A DNA stretch of 64,000 nt from Alphaproteobacteria bacterium (GTDB taxonomy: Bacteria; Pseudomonadota; Alphaproteobacteria; Acetobacterales; Acetobacteraceae): NCBI GenBank assembly GCA_017307335.1, contig JAFKFJ010000182.1:713-64712 (forward strand), written 5' to 3'. The notes under the pieces are model-generated. The model was not told the origin of the DNA. It saw only the letters and a list, made by a program, of their open reading frames with translations, and searched no databases. Shown in pieces: positions 47,193 to 55,233 of the stretch (positions are counted from its first letter, which is position 1; the number at the start of each line of letters is the position of its first letter). The position numbers were made by a program, and so were the translations under genes.

Positions 47193-47701
47193 CAGCCAGG
47201 CGCCCGTGCATCGCCGACCGTGGCGAGCCCGGTTTCCAGATCGATCGCCGTCTCCAGGAAAAGCTGCTGCGGTACCGGCTGGGCCCAGAGCTCGCCGCTG
47301 ATCTCGAATAAGATCGCCGGCGTGGGCTTGTCTTCCGTCGCCTCGCGCACCCGCACCGCCAGCGTGTCGGGGCGGATGCGCGGCTCGAAGGTCCGGATTG
47401 CCGCCGCGATGCCGGCCTCCAGCGTCGCCATGCGATCGGTGGTGCCGACCAGGCCGGCGAAGCCCGGAATCCCGTAGTTCACCGTCGACGCAGCGGCGAG
47501 CGGGGCCGTGTCGAGATCCTCCAGCGCCGCGAGGTTGGTGGTGTTGAGCAGCCAGGCGAGGTCGCGCAGCACCGCCTGCCGGAGCTGCTGCCACCCCAGC
47601 GTCTGCTGCTCGAACGTCTCCCGCTTGCTGTCGGGCGCAAGGTCGGTCAGCCGGTCGAGCAGCGAGGGCTGCAACCGCTCGCGGGTGTTCAGATCAGCCA
47701 T
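47192..47701 (-). CDS. tssE: type VI secretion system baseplate subunit TssE (gp25-like)
   Basis: 169 aa. RLQPSLLDRLTD...VLRDLAWLLNT pattern. Confidence 0.85.
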   Translation of the reverse strand: MADLNTRERLQPSLLDRLTDLAPDSKRETFEQQTLGWQQLRQAVLRDLAWLLNTTNLAALEDLDTAPLAAASTVNYGIPGFAGLVGTTDRMATLEAGIAAAIRTFEPRIRPDTLAVRVREATEDKPTPAILFEISGELWAQPVPQQLFLETAIDLETGLATVGDARAPG

Positions 47702-47705
47702 CGTC

Positions 47706-48503
47706 TCAGGTCGCGGCGGGAGGGGAGAATTCGATGCGCCGCGCGTCCATCAGCGCGAACTCGCCCGCGTCGGTTGCGAGCATCCGCTGCCCGAGGCCGA
47801 GAAACCACGGCCCGCGCTCCTCCCACTCGGTGCGCCGCGCGAGGGCGAGTGCCGCGTCCGCCGCGTGTTCGGACCGCGGGTAGCGGGTGGGGATGAAGCC
47901 GAAGGATTCCCCGCCATTCGTCCACACGAAGCGCGTGGGCATCCAGACCTGGTCGCGCAGATCTTCCGGCTTCTCGATGTCGAGGGAGCCGAGCCGGTGG
48001 AACGGCACCCAGTAGTATTTGCCGTCCACCAGCGCCTCCAGCATCGGCCCGAGGCGCGGGTCGGCATCCGCGATCCAGGCGAATTCCTCGCCGTCGCGCA
48101 GGCCCGCGGCGGTGGGCGCCTGCTCGAAGGCGGCATCGCGCAGGCCCGCCGCCTCCTCGGCACGGCCGGAAGCAAGCACGCGTACCGCCTCGATTAGCAG
48201 CGGCATCCAGGGCTCGGGATCGCCGAACACCGGCGGCGTGCGCTCCCCTGCAAAGATCTTCTCCCGCAGCAACTCGCAGCGGATGGCCGCACGGTACGCC
48301 TGCGCCATCGGCACCGCGAGCGGATCGAGTTCGGCGGCGGTCGTGAGCTGCGTCAGCGCCCGGTCCCATTCGCCGAAAACGCAGAATAGCTGGAAGAGAA
48401 AGGTGCGCAGGCGCGCGTCGCGCGGCGCCTTGCGCACTTCCTGTTTGAGCTGCTCCAGCGCGCCGCGCGCATCGCCCGCACGCAGCACCTCGCGTGCATC
48501 CAT
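47706..48503 (-). CDS. tagJ: type VI secretion accessory protein TagJ (ImpE family)
   Basis: ATG at 48503. TPR-like N-terminal half and the C-terminal ImpE region (GKYYWVPFHRLGSLDIEKPEDLRDQVWMP). Confidence 0.8.
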   Translation of the reverse strand: MDAREVLRAGDARGALEQLKQEVRKAPRDARLRTFLFQLFCVFGEWDRALTQLTTAAELDPLAVPMAQAYRAAIRCELLREKIFAGERTPPVFGDPEPWMPLLIEAVRVLASGRAEEAAGLRDAAFEQAPTAAGLRDGEEFAWIADADPRLGPMLEALVDGKYYWVPFHRLGSLDIEKPEDLRDQVWMPTRFVWTNGGESFGFIPTRYPRSEHAADAALALARRTEWEERGPWFLGLGQRMLATDAGEFALMDARRIEFSPPAAT

Positions 48504-48529
48504 GGCGCGGTGCCCTGTCCCGGTCGACT

Positions 48530-49120
48530 TCAGGTCGCCTTGATCGGCGAGGTGATGTCGAAGTTGCTGTTGTTGTACACGCGGTTCCACGAGCCGGGAA
48601 CCGGGCTGCCCTTGGGCTGGCCGTTCACGTCCTGCTGCACGTACTGCACCTTCAGGGCACCGTACTCGAACGTCACTTCTTCCTTGCACGCATCGTCGCC
48701 GTCCGAGCCGCTCCAGGAGATCGTCTTCACCGCGACCAGGCCGAAATCGAAGCGCAGGAACGTCGTGCCGCTCGTCATCGTCGAGCCGGTCGCCCCGCCG
48801 CCCGAGCGCCGCAGATAGAGGCTGACCGTCTGGAAGTGCATGCCCGCGCAGCACATCTGGAACAGCGTCGGCGAGGCACGGTCCGTCTTGCGCGTGACCT
48901 GGAACGGATTGAACGTCACCTTGCCCGCGCCGGCGCCGGAGCTCTGGCTGCCGATGCTCAGCACCTGCTCGATATCGAAGCTGAAATCGTCGATCTCGAA
49001 TACGTTGCCCGCCGTGATGTCCGAGCCGAGCGGCGAGTCCCCGCTGACCTGCACCTGCGACTCGCCGCCCAGCCAGTTGCCGTCGGCTTTCTTGAATTGC
49101 ATGTAGGTGTCGAACGCCAT
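48530..49120 (-). CDS. hcp: Hcp (TssD) tube protein
   Basis: MAFDTYMQFKK...GESQ start and KVTFNPFQVTRKTDRASPTLFQ are typical of Hcp. At 196 aa it is somewhat longer than the usual about 160-170 aa. Confidence 0.85.
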   Translation of the reverse strand: MAFDTYMQFKKADGNWLGGESQVQVSGDSPLGSDITAGNVFEIDDFSFDIEQVLSIGSQSSGAGAGKVTFNPFQVTRKTDRASPTLFQMCCAGMHFQTVSLYLRRSGGGATGSTMTSGTTFLRFDFGLVAVKTISWSGSDGDDACKEEVTFEYGALKVQYVQQDVNGQPKGSPVPGSWNRVYNNSNFDITSPIKAT

Positions 49121-49179
49121 TGTCGTCTCCTTTGGTTTCTAGCCCAGTAGCCAGCGGTCCGGCCGTCGGACCCTGATGC

Positions 49180-50664
49180 TCACTTCGGCATGCGCGAGAC
49201 AAGTCGCAGCGAGACCGTCAGTCCCTCGAGCTGGTAGTGGGGCTTGAGGAAGAACTTCGCGCTGTAGTAGCCCGGATTGGATTCATCCTCTTCGAGCGTC
49301 ACGGCGCCGTCGGAGAGGGGGTGGGTCGCCTTGAACTCCTCGCTCGACATGTCCGGCGAGCCGTCGACATATTGCAGCAGCCAGTTGTGCAGCCAGTTCT
49401 GCAGCTGCTCCTTGCTCATCGTCGAGCCGATCTTGTCGCGCACCATGCACTTCAGATAGTGGGCGAAGCGCGAGCTCGCGAAGAGATAGGGCAGGCGTGC
49501 CGAAAGGTTGGCGTTCGCGGTCGCTGCCGGATCGTCGTATTCCTGCGGCTTCTGCAGCGACTGGGCGCCGATGAAGGCGGCGAAGTCGGAGTTCTTCTTG
49601 TGGATGAGCGGCATGAAGCCGTTCTTGGCAAGCTCCGCCTCGCGCCGGTCGCTGATCGCGATCTCGGTCGGGCACTTCATGTCCACGCCGCCATCGTCGG
49701 TGGGGAAGGTGAAGGCCGGCAGGCCTTCCACCGCGCCGCCGCTCTCCACGCCGCGGATGCGCGTGCACCAGCCGTACATCTTGAACGCACGGGTGATGTT
49801 CGTGCCCATCGCATAGGCGGCGTTCGCCCAGCAGAACTTGCTGCTGTCGGCGCCCTCGGTGTCCTCCTCGAAGTGGAATTCCTCCACCGGCTCCGTCTTC
49901 TCGCCATACGGGAGGCGGGCGAGGAAGCGGGGCATCGCGAGCCCGATATAGCGGCTGTCGTCGCTTTCGCGCAGGGAGCGCCAGGCGGCGTATTCGGGGG
50001 TCTGGAAGATCTTCGTCAGGTCGCGCGGATTGGCGAGTTCGTTCCAGCTATCCATTCCCATCACGGTCGGCGCGGCAGCGGCGATGAAGGGCGCGTGCGC
50101 CGCGGCGGCGACCTGCGCCATGTCGGAGAGAAGCTGCACGTCCTGCGGGCCATGGTCGAACTGGTAGTCGCCGATCAGCACGCCATAGGGCGCGCCGCCG
50201 AACTGCCCGTACTCCTCCTCGTACACCTTCTTGAAGATCGGGCTCTGGTCCCAGGCGGTGCCGCGGAACTTCTTCAGCGTCCGGCCGAGATCCTTCTTCG
50301 AGACGTTGAAGACGCGGATCTTCAGCATCTCGTCGGTTTCGGTGTTGTTCACCAGGTAGTGCAGGCCGCGCCACGCGGACTCCAGCTGCTGGAAGTCCTC
50401 GGTGTGCATGATCTGGTTGACCTGCTCGGAAAGCTTCGCGTCGATCGCGGCGATGATGGCCTCGATCGTGCGCAGGCTGTCGGTGGAGATCAGGCCGGTA
50501 TGCGCGAGCGCCTGCTGCGCGAGCGTCTGTACCGCACCTTCCACGGCGCTGCGCGCGGCATCGGTCTTCGGCTTGAACTCGCGGTTCAGCAGCGAGGCGA
50601 ATTCGCCGCCTTCCTGGGTAAGCGTGCTCGTCCCGGCCTGTGGGGCCGCCTCGGCGCCGGACAT
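49180..50664 (-). CDS. tssC: type VI secretion contractile sheath large subunit TssC
   Basis: 494 aa with typical VipB/TssC sequence throughout (RGLHYLV, PFIAAAAP, RFAHYLKCM). Confidence 0.9.
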   Translation of the reverse strand: MSGAEAAPQAGTSTLTQEGGEFASLLNREFKPKTDAARSAVEGAVQTLAQQALAHTGLISTDSLRTIEAIIAAIDAKLSEQVNQIMHTEDFQQLESAWRGLHYLVNNTETDEMLKIRVFNVSKKDLGRTLKKFRGTAWDQSPIFKKVYEEEYGQFGGAPYGVLIGDYQFDHGPQDVQLLSDMAQVAAAAHAPFIAAAAPTVMGMDSWNELANPRDLTKIFQTPEYAAWRSLRESDDSRYIGLAMPRFLARLPYGEKTEPVEEFHFEEDTEGADSSKFCWANAAYAMGTNITRAFKMYGWCTRIRGVESGGAVEGLPAFTFPTDDGGVDMKCPTEIAISDRREAELAKNGFMPLIHKKNSDFAAFIGAQSLQKPQEYDDPAATANANLSARLPYLFASSRFAHYLKCMVRDKIGSTMSKEQLQNWLHNWLLQYVDGSPDMSSEEFKATHPLSDGAVTLEEDESNPGYYSAKFFLKPHYQLEGLTVSLRLVSRMPK

Positions 50665-50667
50665 GGC

Positions 50668-51186
50668 CTATTCCTCCCCGTCCTGCTTGACCGCCGGATT
50701 GGGCGCGGCGGCAAGCGACTGCAGCAGCGCCGGATCGTTCAGCACCTTCGTGATCAGGTCTTCCGCGCCGCTCTTGCCGTCCATGTAGGTCAGCAGGTTG
50801 GAAAGCTGGGTCCGCGCCTCCAGCAGCTTGTTCAGCGCATCGACCTTGCGCGCGACGGCGGCGGGCGAGAAGTCGTCCATGCTCTCGAAGGTGATGTCCA
50901 CGGCGAGGTTGCCTTCACCGGTGAGCGTGTTCGGGACCATGAAGGCGACGCGCGGTTTCATTGCCCGCATGCGGTCGTCGAAGTTGTCGACGTCGATCTC
51001 CAGCATCTTGCGGTCGGCGACCGGCGGCAGCGGCTCCGCCGGCTTGCCCGAAAGATCGGCCATCACACCGACCACGAAGGGAAGCTGCACCTTCTTCTGG
51101 GCACCGTAGGTCTCGACGTCGTACTCGATCTGCACGCGCGGCGCCCGGTTGCGCGCGATGAATTTCTGACTGCTCGCTTTGGCCAC
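50668..51186 (-). CDS. tssB: type VI secretion contractile sheath small subunit TssB
   Basis: 172 aa. SQKFIARNRAPRVQIEYDVE...LPFVVGVMADLSG. Confidence 0.9.
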   Translation of the reverse strand: MAKASSQKFIARNRAPRVQIEYDVETYGAQKKVQLPFVVGVMADLSGKPAEPLPPVADRKMLEIDVDNFDDRMRAMKPRVAFMVPNTLTGEGNLAVDITFESMDDFSPAAVARKVDALNKLLEARTQLSNLLTYMDGKSGAEDLITKVLNDPALLQSLAAAPNPAVKQDGEE

Positions 51187-51243
51187 GGCCTGCCTCGCTG
51201 CCCCTCAGTGGTTGGACCCTGCAGGAAACCGACCGGGGCGGGG

Positions 51244-51257
51244 GTGACCCGGGTCAC
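51244..51257. promoter_or_regulatory. perfect 14-bp palindrome GTGACCCGGGTCAC in the tssA-tssB intergenic region
   Basis: Read directly. A near-identical copy (13 of 14) lies just upstream of the PAAR gene at 53649-53668. Confidence 0.4.
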
Positions 51258-51265
51258 TCCTGGCG

Positions 51266-52333
51266 TCATTCATTCCGGCTGCTGACGATCATCTGTGCCT
51301 GCATCAGGCCGTCGGGCGCAAGCTCGCGCAGGATATCGATGAAATCCTTGTCGGCGAGCGAACGCGCGCGTTCGACCAGAAGCGGCAGCGGGCTCGAAGG
51401 CTCGTACCGACGATAATACTGGCATGCCAGGTCGAGCAACCGCAGCGCGTCGGCCCGCGTCGTCACCTCGCTCAGCGATGCGGCCGTCACCACGCCGGCC
51501 GGCCGGGGCGCCGCCGCCCCCGCCGTCGCACCCGGCAGGCCTTCCGCCGTCGCGGCGGGCATCTCCGCCGGCGCTTCCACGGGTGCCTCGGCCGGTGCGG
51601 CGGCATAGCGTTCCAGCGTGCGCAGCACCTCGGCGAGCAGCTTGGTCAGCTCATCGAAATCAGGGCCGGTACCGTAGCCGGCATGCGCGTCGAACGCGGC
51701 GCCGATCCCCTCTGCCGCCGCCTTCGCCCCGGCGGCGGCGGCACGCAGCGCGGCAATCCCGGCCGGATCGCTTTCCTGGAACGCCGAACGGATCAGCGTC
51801 TCGCTCGGCTTCTCCTTGTTCGGATCGCCCTCGATCGCGCCGAGCGCGACCGCGACGTCGCGCCACGAATAGTGGCCGAGCCGCGGCGAGCTGGCGAGCG
51901 GCAGGTCGCGGATGCGCCGCAGCACGAGGCCGGGATGCGCAAGCCGGAGCAGCGCGTTGGCGCGCAGCGTGGGATCGTTGTCGTCCTCGGGATCGAGCTG
52001 CGGATGGATTTCCGCCCAGCGCTCCTGCAGCAACTCCTGCGTCAGCGCCAGGACCTCGGCATACTCGACAAGCCCGCGCAGATGCAGGCGCGCGACCGCG
52101 AGATGCGCCAGTACCCGAAGGTCGCGCGTGCGTTCGAGCAACGCCGACGACTGCGCCTCCACCTCCTTCCAGTCCGGTTCCTCGCCGGGGATGATGGTGT
52201 CGCCATATTGCTGCTCGGGCTTGCCCTGGGCGGCCCGCTCGAGGGCGGTGAAATCCGGGTCGAACTCCAGGTTCGGCCCAGCGGGTGCCTGTTCGGAAAC
52301 GGCGGCCAGCAATGCGGCAGAGTCGAGCGGCAT
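51266..52333 (-). CDS. tssA: type VI secretion system protein TssA (ImpA N-terminal domain)
   Basis: 355 aa. ImpA_N-like PAGPNLEFDPDFTALERAAQGKPEQQYG. Confidence 0.8.
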   Translation of the reverse strand: MPLDSAALLAAVSEQAPAGPNLEFDPDFTALERAAQGKPEQQYGDTIIPGEEPDWKEVEAQSSALLERTRDLRVLAHLAVARLHLRGLVEYAEVLALTQELLQERWAEIHPQLDPEDDNDPTLRANALLRLAHPGLVLRRIRDLPLASSPRLGHYSWRDVAVALGAIEGDPNKEKPSETLIRSAFQESDPAGIAALRAAAAGAKAAAEGIGAAFDAHAGYGTGPDFDELTKLLAEVLRTLERYAAAPAEAPVEAPAEMPAATAEGLPGATAGAAAPRPAGVVTAASLSEVTTRADALRLLDLACQYYRRYEPSSPLPLLVERARSLADKDFIDILRELAPDGLMQAQMIVSSRNE

Positions 52334-52483
52334 GTCAGAAGTGCCTCTGACCCCGCATCGGCCTCGTTACAATAAAACAACAGTATTCGCTCATTCCGCC
52401 TCCCCCGCGGGCGCCGCGCGCGGGGCGCGACATTCGCTCAGCCGATGTGGAAAGTCCAGGACAATGACAGAGTGCAACGGCGC

Positions 52484-53587
52484 TCAGGCGAGCACGCGCA
52501 TCAGTTGCGCGGCGTCGCAGCCGGATGCGCATGGGGCCGGCAGTACCGCGGTGACGGCCAGGGCCGCGTTCAATTGCGCCGCGAAGTTGCAGACCGGCAG
52601 GCCAATCGCAATCGCAGGCAGCATCGCCGGTACCTGCCAGTTCAGCGAAGCCAGAGCCTGTGCCTGCATCGCCGCCTGCACCACCGCGCTGGTCGCATAG
52701 GTCGGCACCACCGGCAGCGGCGGCAGGAGCGCCAGCAGGGCGGCGAGAAGTTCTGCAAGCAGGTTGCCCGGCGGCATCGCCACGCCGAACCGCGCCGAGA
52801 GCATCGGCAGCAGTGCGGCAAGCCGCGCCTGCACGCGCAGCGACATGGCGGGGAAGCCCAGCGCCAGCGGATTGACGCCCAGGCTCGCTTGCAGTTGCGC
52901 GACCGCCGAGAGGGCGGCGCTGAGGCTCGCCAGCAGTTGCGGCGCCGCCAGTGGCGGCAGCGCGAGCCGCGCCAGCATGCGCAGTGCCGCCGAGAGCTGC
53001 GCCGTGTCGGTCAGGCTGACATTGAGCTGCGTTGCCGCGGCGAGCATCGGCGCGAGCGCGCGCAGCAGGGCCAGCAGGCTGGTCCAGCGCGCCATCGGAA
53101 TTCCGCCCGGCACGCCGAGGGCGAGCATCATGTTCGCCGACGGCGGCAGCAATCCGGCCTGCAGGGCCAGATTGATCTGGTCGATCGCGGCGTTGAGGTT
53201 GGCGAGCGCCAGCCACGCCGCGGGGTTGAATGGCACCGCCAGCGTCGAGAGCCGTGCGTTCAGCGTCGCGACGATGCGCGCGAAGGCGGTGGCATGGGCG
53301 GGGTTGAGCAGGTCGAGGCCGAACTGCGCCAGCACCTGCGCCCGCAACTGCGCGAGGGCGGAAATCGTCGCCACCGCGCGCATGCCGAGCTGCAGGCGCG
53401 GCAGCGGCAGGCCGAGCCAGGCCGGGTCCGGCTGCCAGGCGCCCGGCAGCCCGCGCGCCGAGAGCCACGCGGACAGGCCCAGCGCCACGTTTGCCCCCGG
53501 CATCCCCAGCGTTGCGGAGACGTTCAGTTGCGGCAGCGCGAGCCTGAGCGGCCCCAGCGTTGCGTGGCAGAAACAGCCCATGCACAC
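52484..53587 (-). CDS. hypothetical Ala/Leu-rich helical-repeat protein, first gene of the T6SS structural operon
   Basis: In the first 23 codons, hand-translated, 20 have G/C at the third position, so this is the coding frame. 367 aa with no Lys and one Glu. Repeated amphipathic units of about 25-28 aa end in NP/PP. Cys cluster MCMGCFCH at the N-terminus. No recognised family. The start could be GTG 53587 or ATG 53581. Confidence 0.6.
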   Translation of the reverse strand: MCMGCFCHATLGPLRLALPQLNVSATLGMPGANVALGLSAWLSARGLPGAWQPDPAWLGLPLPRLQLGMRAVATISALAQLRAQVLAQFGLDLLNPAHATAFARIVATLNARLSTLAVPFNPAAWLALANLNAAIDQINLALQAGLLPPSANMMLALGVPGGIPMARWTSLLALLRALAPMLAAATQLNVSLTDTAQLSAALRMLARLALPPLAAPQLLASLSAALSAVAQLQASLGVNPLALGFPAMSLRVQARLAALLPMLSARFGVAMPPGNLLAELLAALLALLPPLPVVPTYATSAVVQAAMQAQALASLNWQVPAMLPAIAIGLPVCNFAAQLNAALAVTAVLPAPCASGCDAAQLMRVLA

Positions 53588-53648
53588 CCCCTCGACCGAA
53601 AAACCTTAGCCGCGCATGTGCTCGACCCGAAACGGCGCGTTGCGCTAT

Positions 53649-53668
53649 CCTGTCACCCGGGTCACAGG
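53649..53668. promoter_or_regulatory. imperfect 20-bp palindrome CCTGTCACCCGGGTCACAGG, 12 nt upstream of the PAAR start codon
   Basis: Read directly. Shares GT(G/C)ACCCGGGTCAC with 51244-51257. Confidence 0.35.
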
Positions 53669-53679
53669 GGCGACGACAG

Positions 53680-54066
53680 ATGGGCCAGCCGGCGGCGCGT
53701 GTGGGCGACGAGGTGCTGCAGGAAGGGCCGCATTGCCACGCGCCGATGCATCCCGCCGCCCTCGTGCCGACACCGGCCCCGCATCCGCCGATGCCGCTTG
53801 CGATCATAAAGGGCTCACCCAACGTGACGATCGGCGGTCAGCCGGCGGCGCGCGTCACCGACCAGACCGCGCCCTGCAACATCCCGGTCTGCGTGCCGGG
53901 TGGCCCCGGGATCATCGACAAGGGTTCGGGCACGGTGCTGATCAACAAGATGCCGGCGGCGCGGGTCGGCGATTCGACCGCGCATGCCGCCTGCGTCGGC
54001 CCGATCCCGGGTCCGACGGGCGCCATCATCCCCCCCGGCTGCCCGACCGTGCTGATCGGCGGCTGA
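53680..54066 (+). CDS. PAAR-domain protein (T6SS spike tip)
   Basis: ATG at 53680. Three PAAR motifs (QPAARVGD, QPAARVTD, MPAARVGD). 128 aa, no extension domain. Confidence 0.85.
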   Translation: MGQPAARVGDEVLQEGPHCHAPMHPAALVPTPAPHPPMPLAIIKGSPNVTIGGQPAARVTDQTAPCNIPVCVPGGPGIIDKGSGTVLINKMPAARVGDSTAHAACVGPIPGPTGAIIPPGCPTVLIGG

Positions 54067-54072
54067 TCCGCC

Positions 54073-55134
54073 TTGCGCCGCGGCCATTTCGCGGCCTTCG
54101 TCCCGCACTGCCCGCGCTGTGCCGGGGCCGCGGCGGGCCGCCATCCGCTTCTGCTCGCTTCGGTGTTCGCCGAGCAGGACGACGACGTGCGCGCCGGCAT
54201 GCTGCACTGCTCCAACGCCGCCTGCCGCCATGAATATCCGATCATCGACGGCATCCCGCTGATCCTGCCCCGGCTGCGCACCCTGCTCGCCGAGCGCGGC
54301 GTCGAGCTGTTCCTGCGCGACGACCTGGCCGAGCCGCTCGAAAGCCTGCTCGGCGATGCGATCGGGCCGAATTCCTGGTTCGATGTGATGCGCCAGACCA
54401 TCTCCACCTATGCCTGGGACGGCTGGGCCGACCTCGACCCCGAGGAACCGGCGCCCGATGCGACCGCCCCTGCCCCCGGCGCGGCGCGGCGCTGCCTGGA
54501 CGCGCTGCTGGCACTCGCAGGGGATGCGCCGGCGGGGCGGGTGCTGGATCTCGGCTGCGGCGCCGGGCGCACGACCTTCGACCTCGCCGCGCGCCACCCC
54601 GAGGCGCTGGTGCTCGGCATCGACGTCAACCTCGCCCTGCTGCGCCTCGCGCACGGGGCAATGCGCGGCCGCATCTGCTACCCGCGCCGCCGGATCGGGC
54701 TCGTGTACGACCGGCGCGCGTTCGCGGTCGATCTGCCGGCCGCGGCGCGGGTCGATTTCTGGGCCTGCGATGCCGCGGCACTGCCCTTCGAGCCCGGTGC
54801 CGCCGCGCTGATCGCCGCCCTCAATCTGCTCGACTGCGTCCCCGACCCGGCGGCGCTGCTCGCAGCACTCGGCACCGCGCTCCGCCCGGGCGGACGGCTG
54901 CTGCTTGCCACACCCTACGACTGGGCGACCCGGGCGACGCAGGTGGAAGGCTGGATCGGCGGGCATTCGCAGCGCGGAGAGGATGGCGGCGCCGCCGAGC
55001 CGCGCCTGCGCGCGCTGCTCGGCGATCTGCGCGTGCTCGGCGAGGTTGCGGCCTTCCCCTGGGCGACGCGGCTGCATGCGCGCAGCGCGGTCGCCTATCG
55101 CAGCCACCTGCTGGCGGCGCAGCGCGCCGGCTAG
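54073..55134 (+). CDS. class I SAM-dependent methyltransferase with an N-terminal Trm112-like zinc ribbon
   Basis: CPRC...CSNAACRHEYPIIDGIPLILP (Trm112/zinc-ribbon-like). Motif I VLDLGCGAGRTTFDLA, then LVLGIDVN and LRPGGRLLLATPY. Starts 6 nt after the PAAR stop (TTG 54073 in the track). Confidence 0.8.
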   Translation: MRRGHFAAFVPHCPRCAGAAAGRHPLLLASVFAEQDDDVRAGMLHCSNAACRHEYPIIDGIPLILPRLRTLLAERGVELFLRDDLAEPLESLLGDAIGPNSWFDVMRQTISTYAWDGWADLDPEEPAPDATAPAPGAARRCLDALLALAGDAPAGRVLDLGCGAGRTTFDLAARHPEALVLGIDVNLALLRLAHGAMRGRICYPRRRIGLVYDRRAFAVDLPAAARVDFWACDAAALPFEPGAAALIAALNLLDCVPDPAALLAALGTALRPGGRLLLATPYDWATRATQVEGWIGGHSQRGEDGGAAEPRLRALLGDLRVLGEVAAFPWATRLHARSAVAYRSHLLAAQRAG

Positions 55135-55233
55135 AACGGGATGAGTTCGCTCACGCTCACTCAATCCGTTCTAGCTCTTTGATTTGAGAGCATGATTCAG
55201 ACCTCCGGCGAACCCGCCTCCGGTCATCATGCT

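Noticed and set aside
45352-49202. Long N-terminal extensions of track ORFs 44206..46341, 45315..47594 and 47706..49202
   Set aside because: Each extension is an Arg/Pro-rich read-through over the upstream gene in another frame. The recognisable TssG, TssF and TagJ sequences begin at internal ATGs (45351, 47192, 48503).
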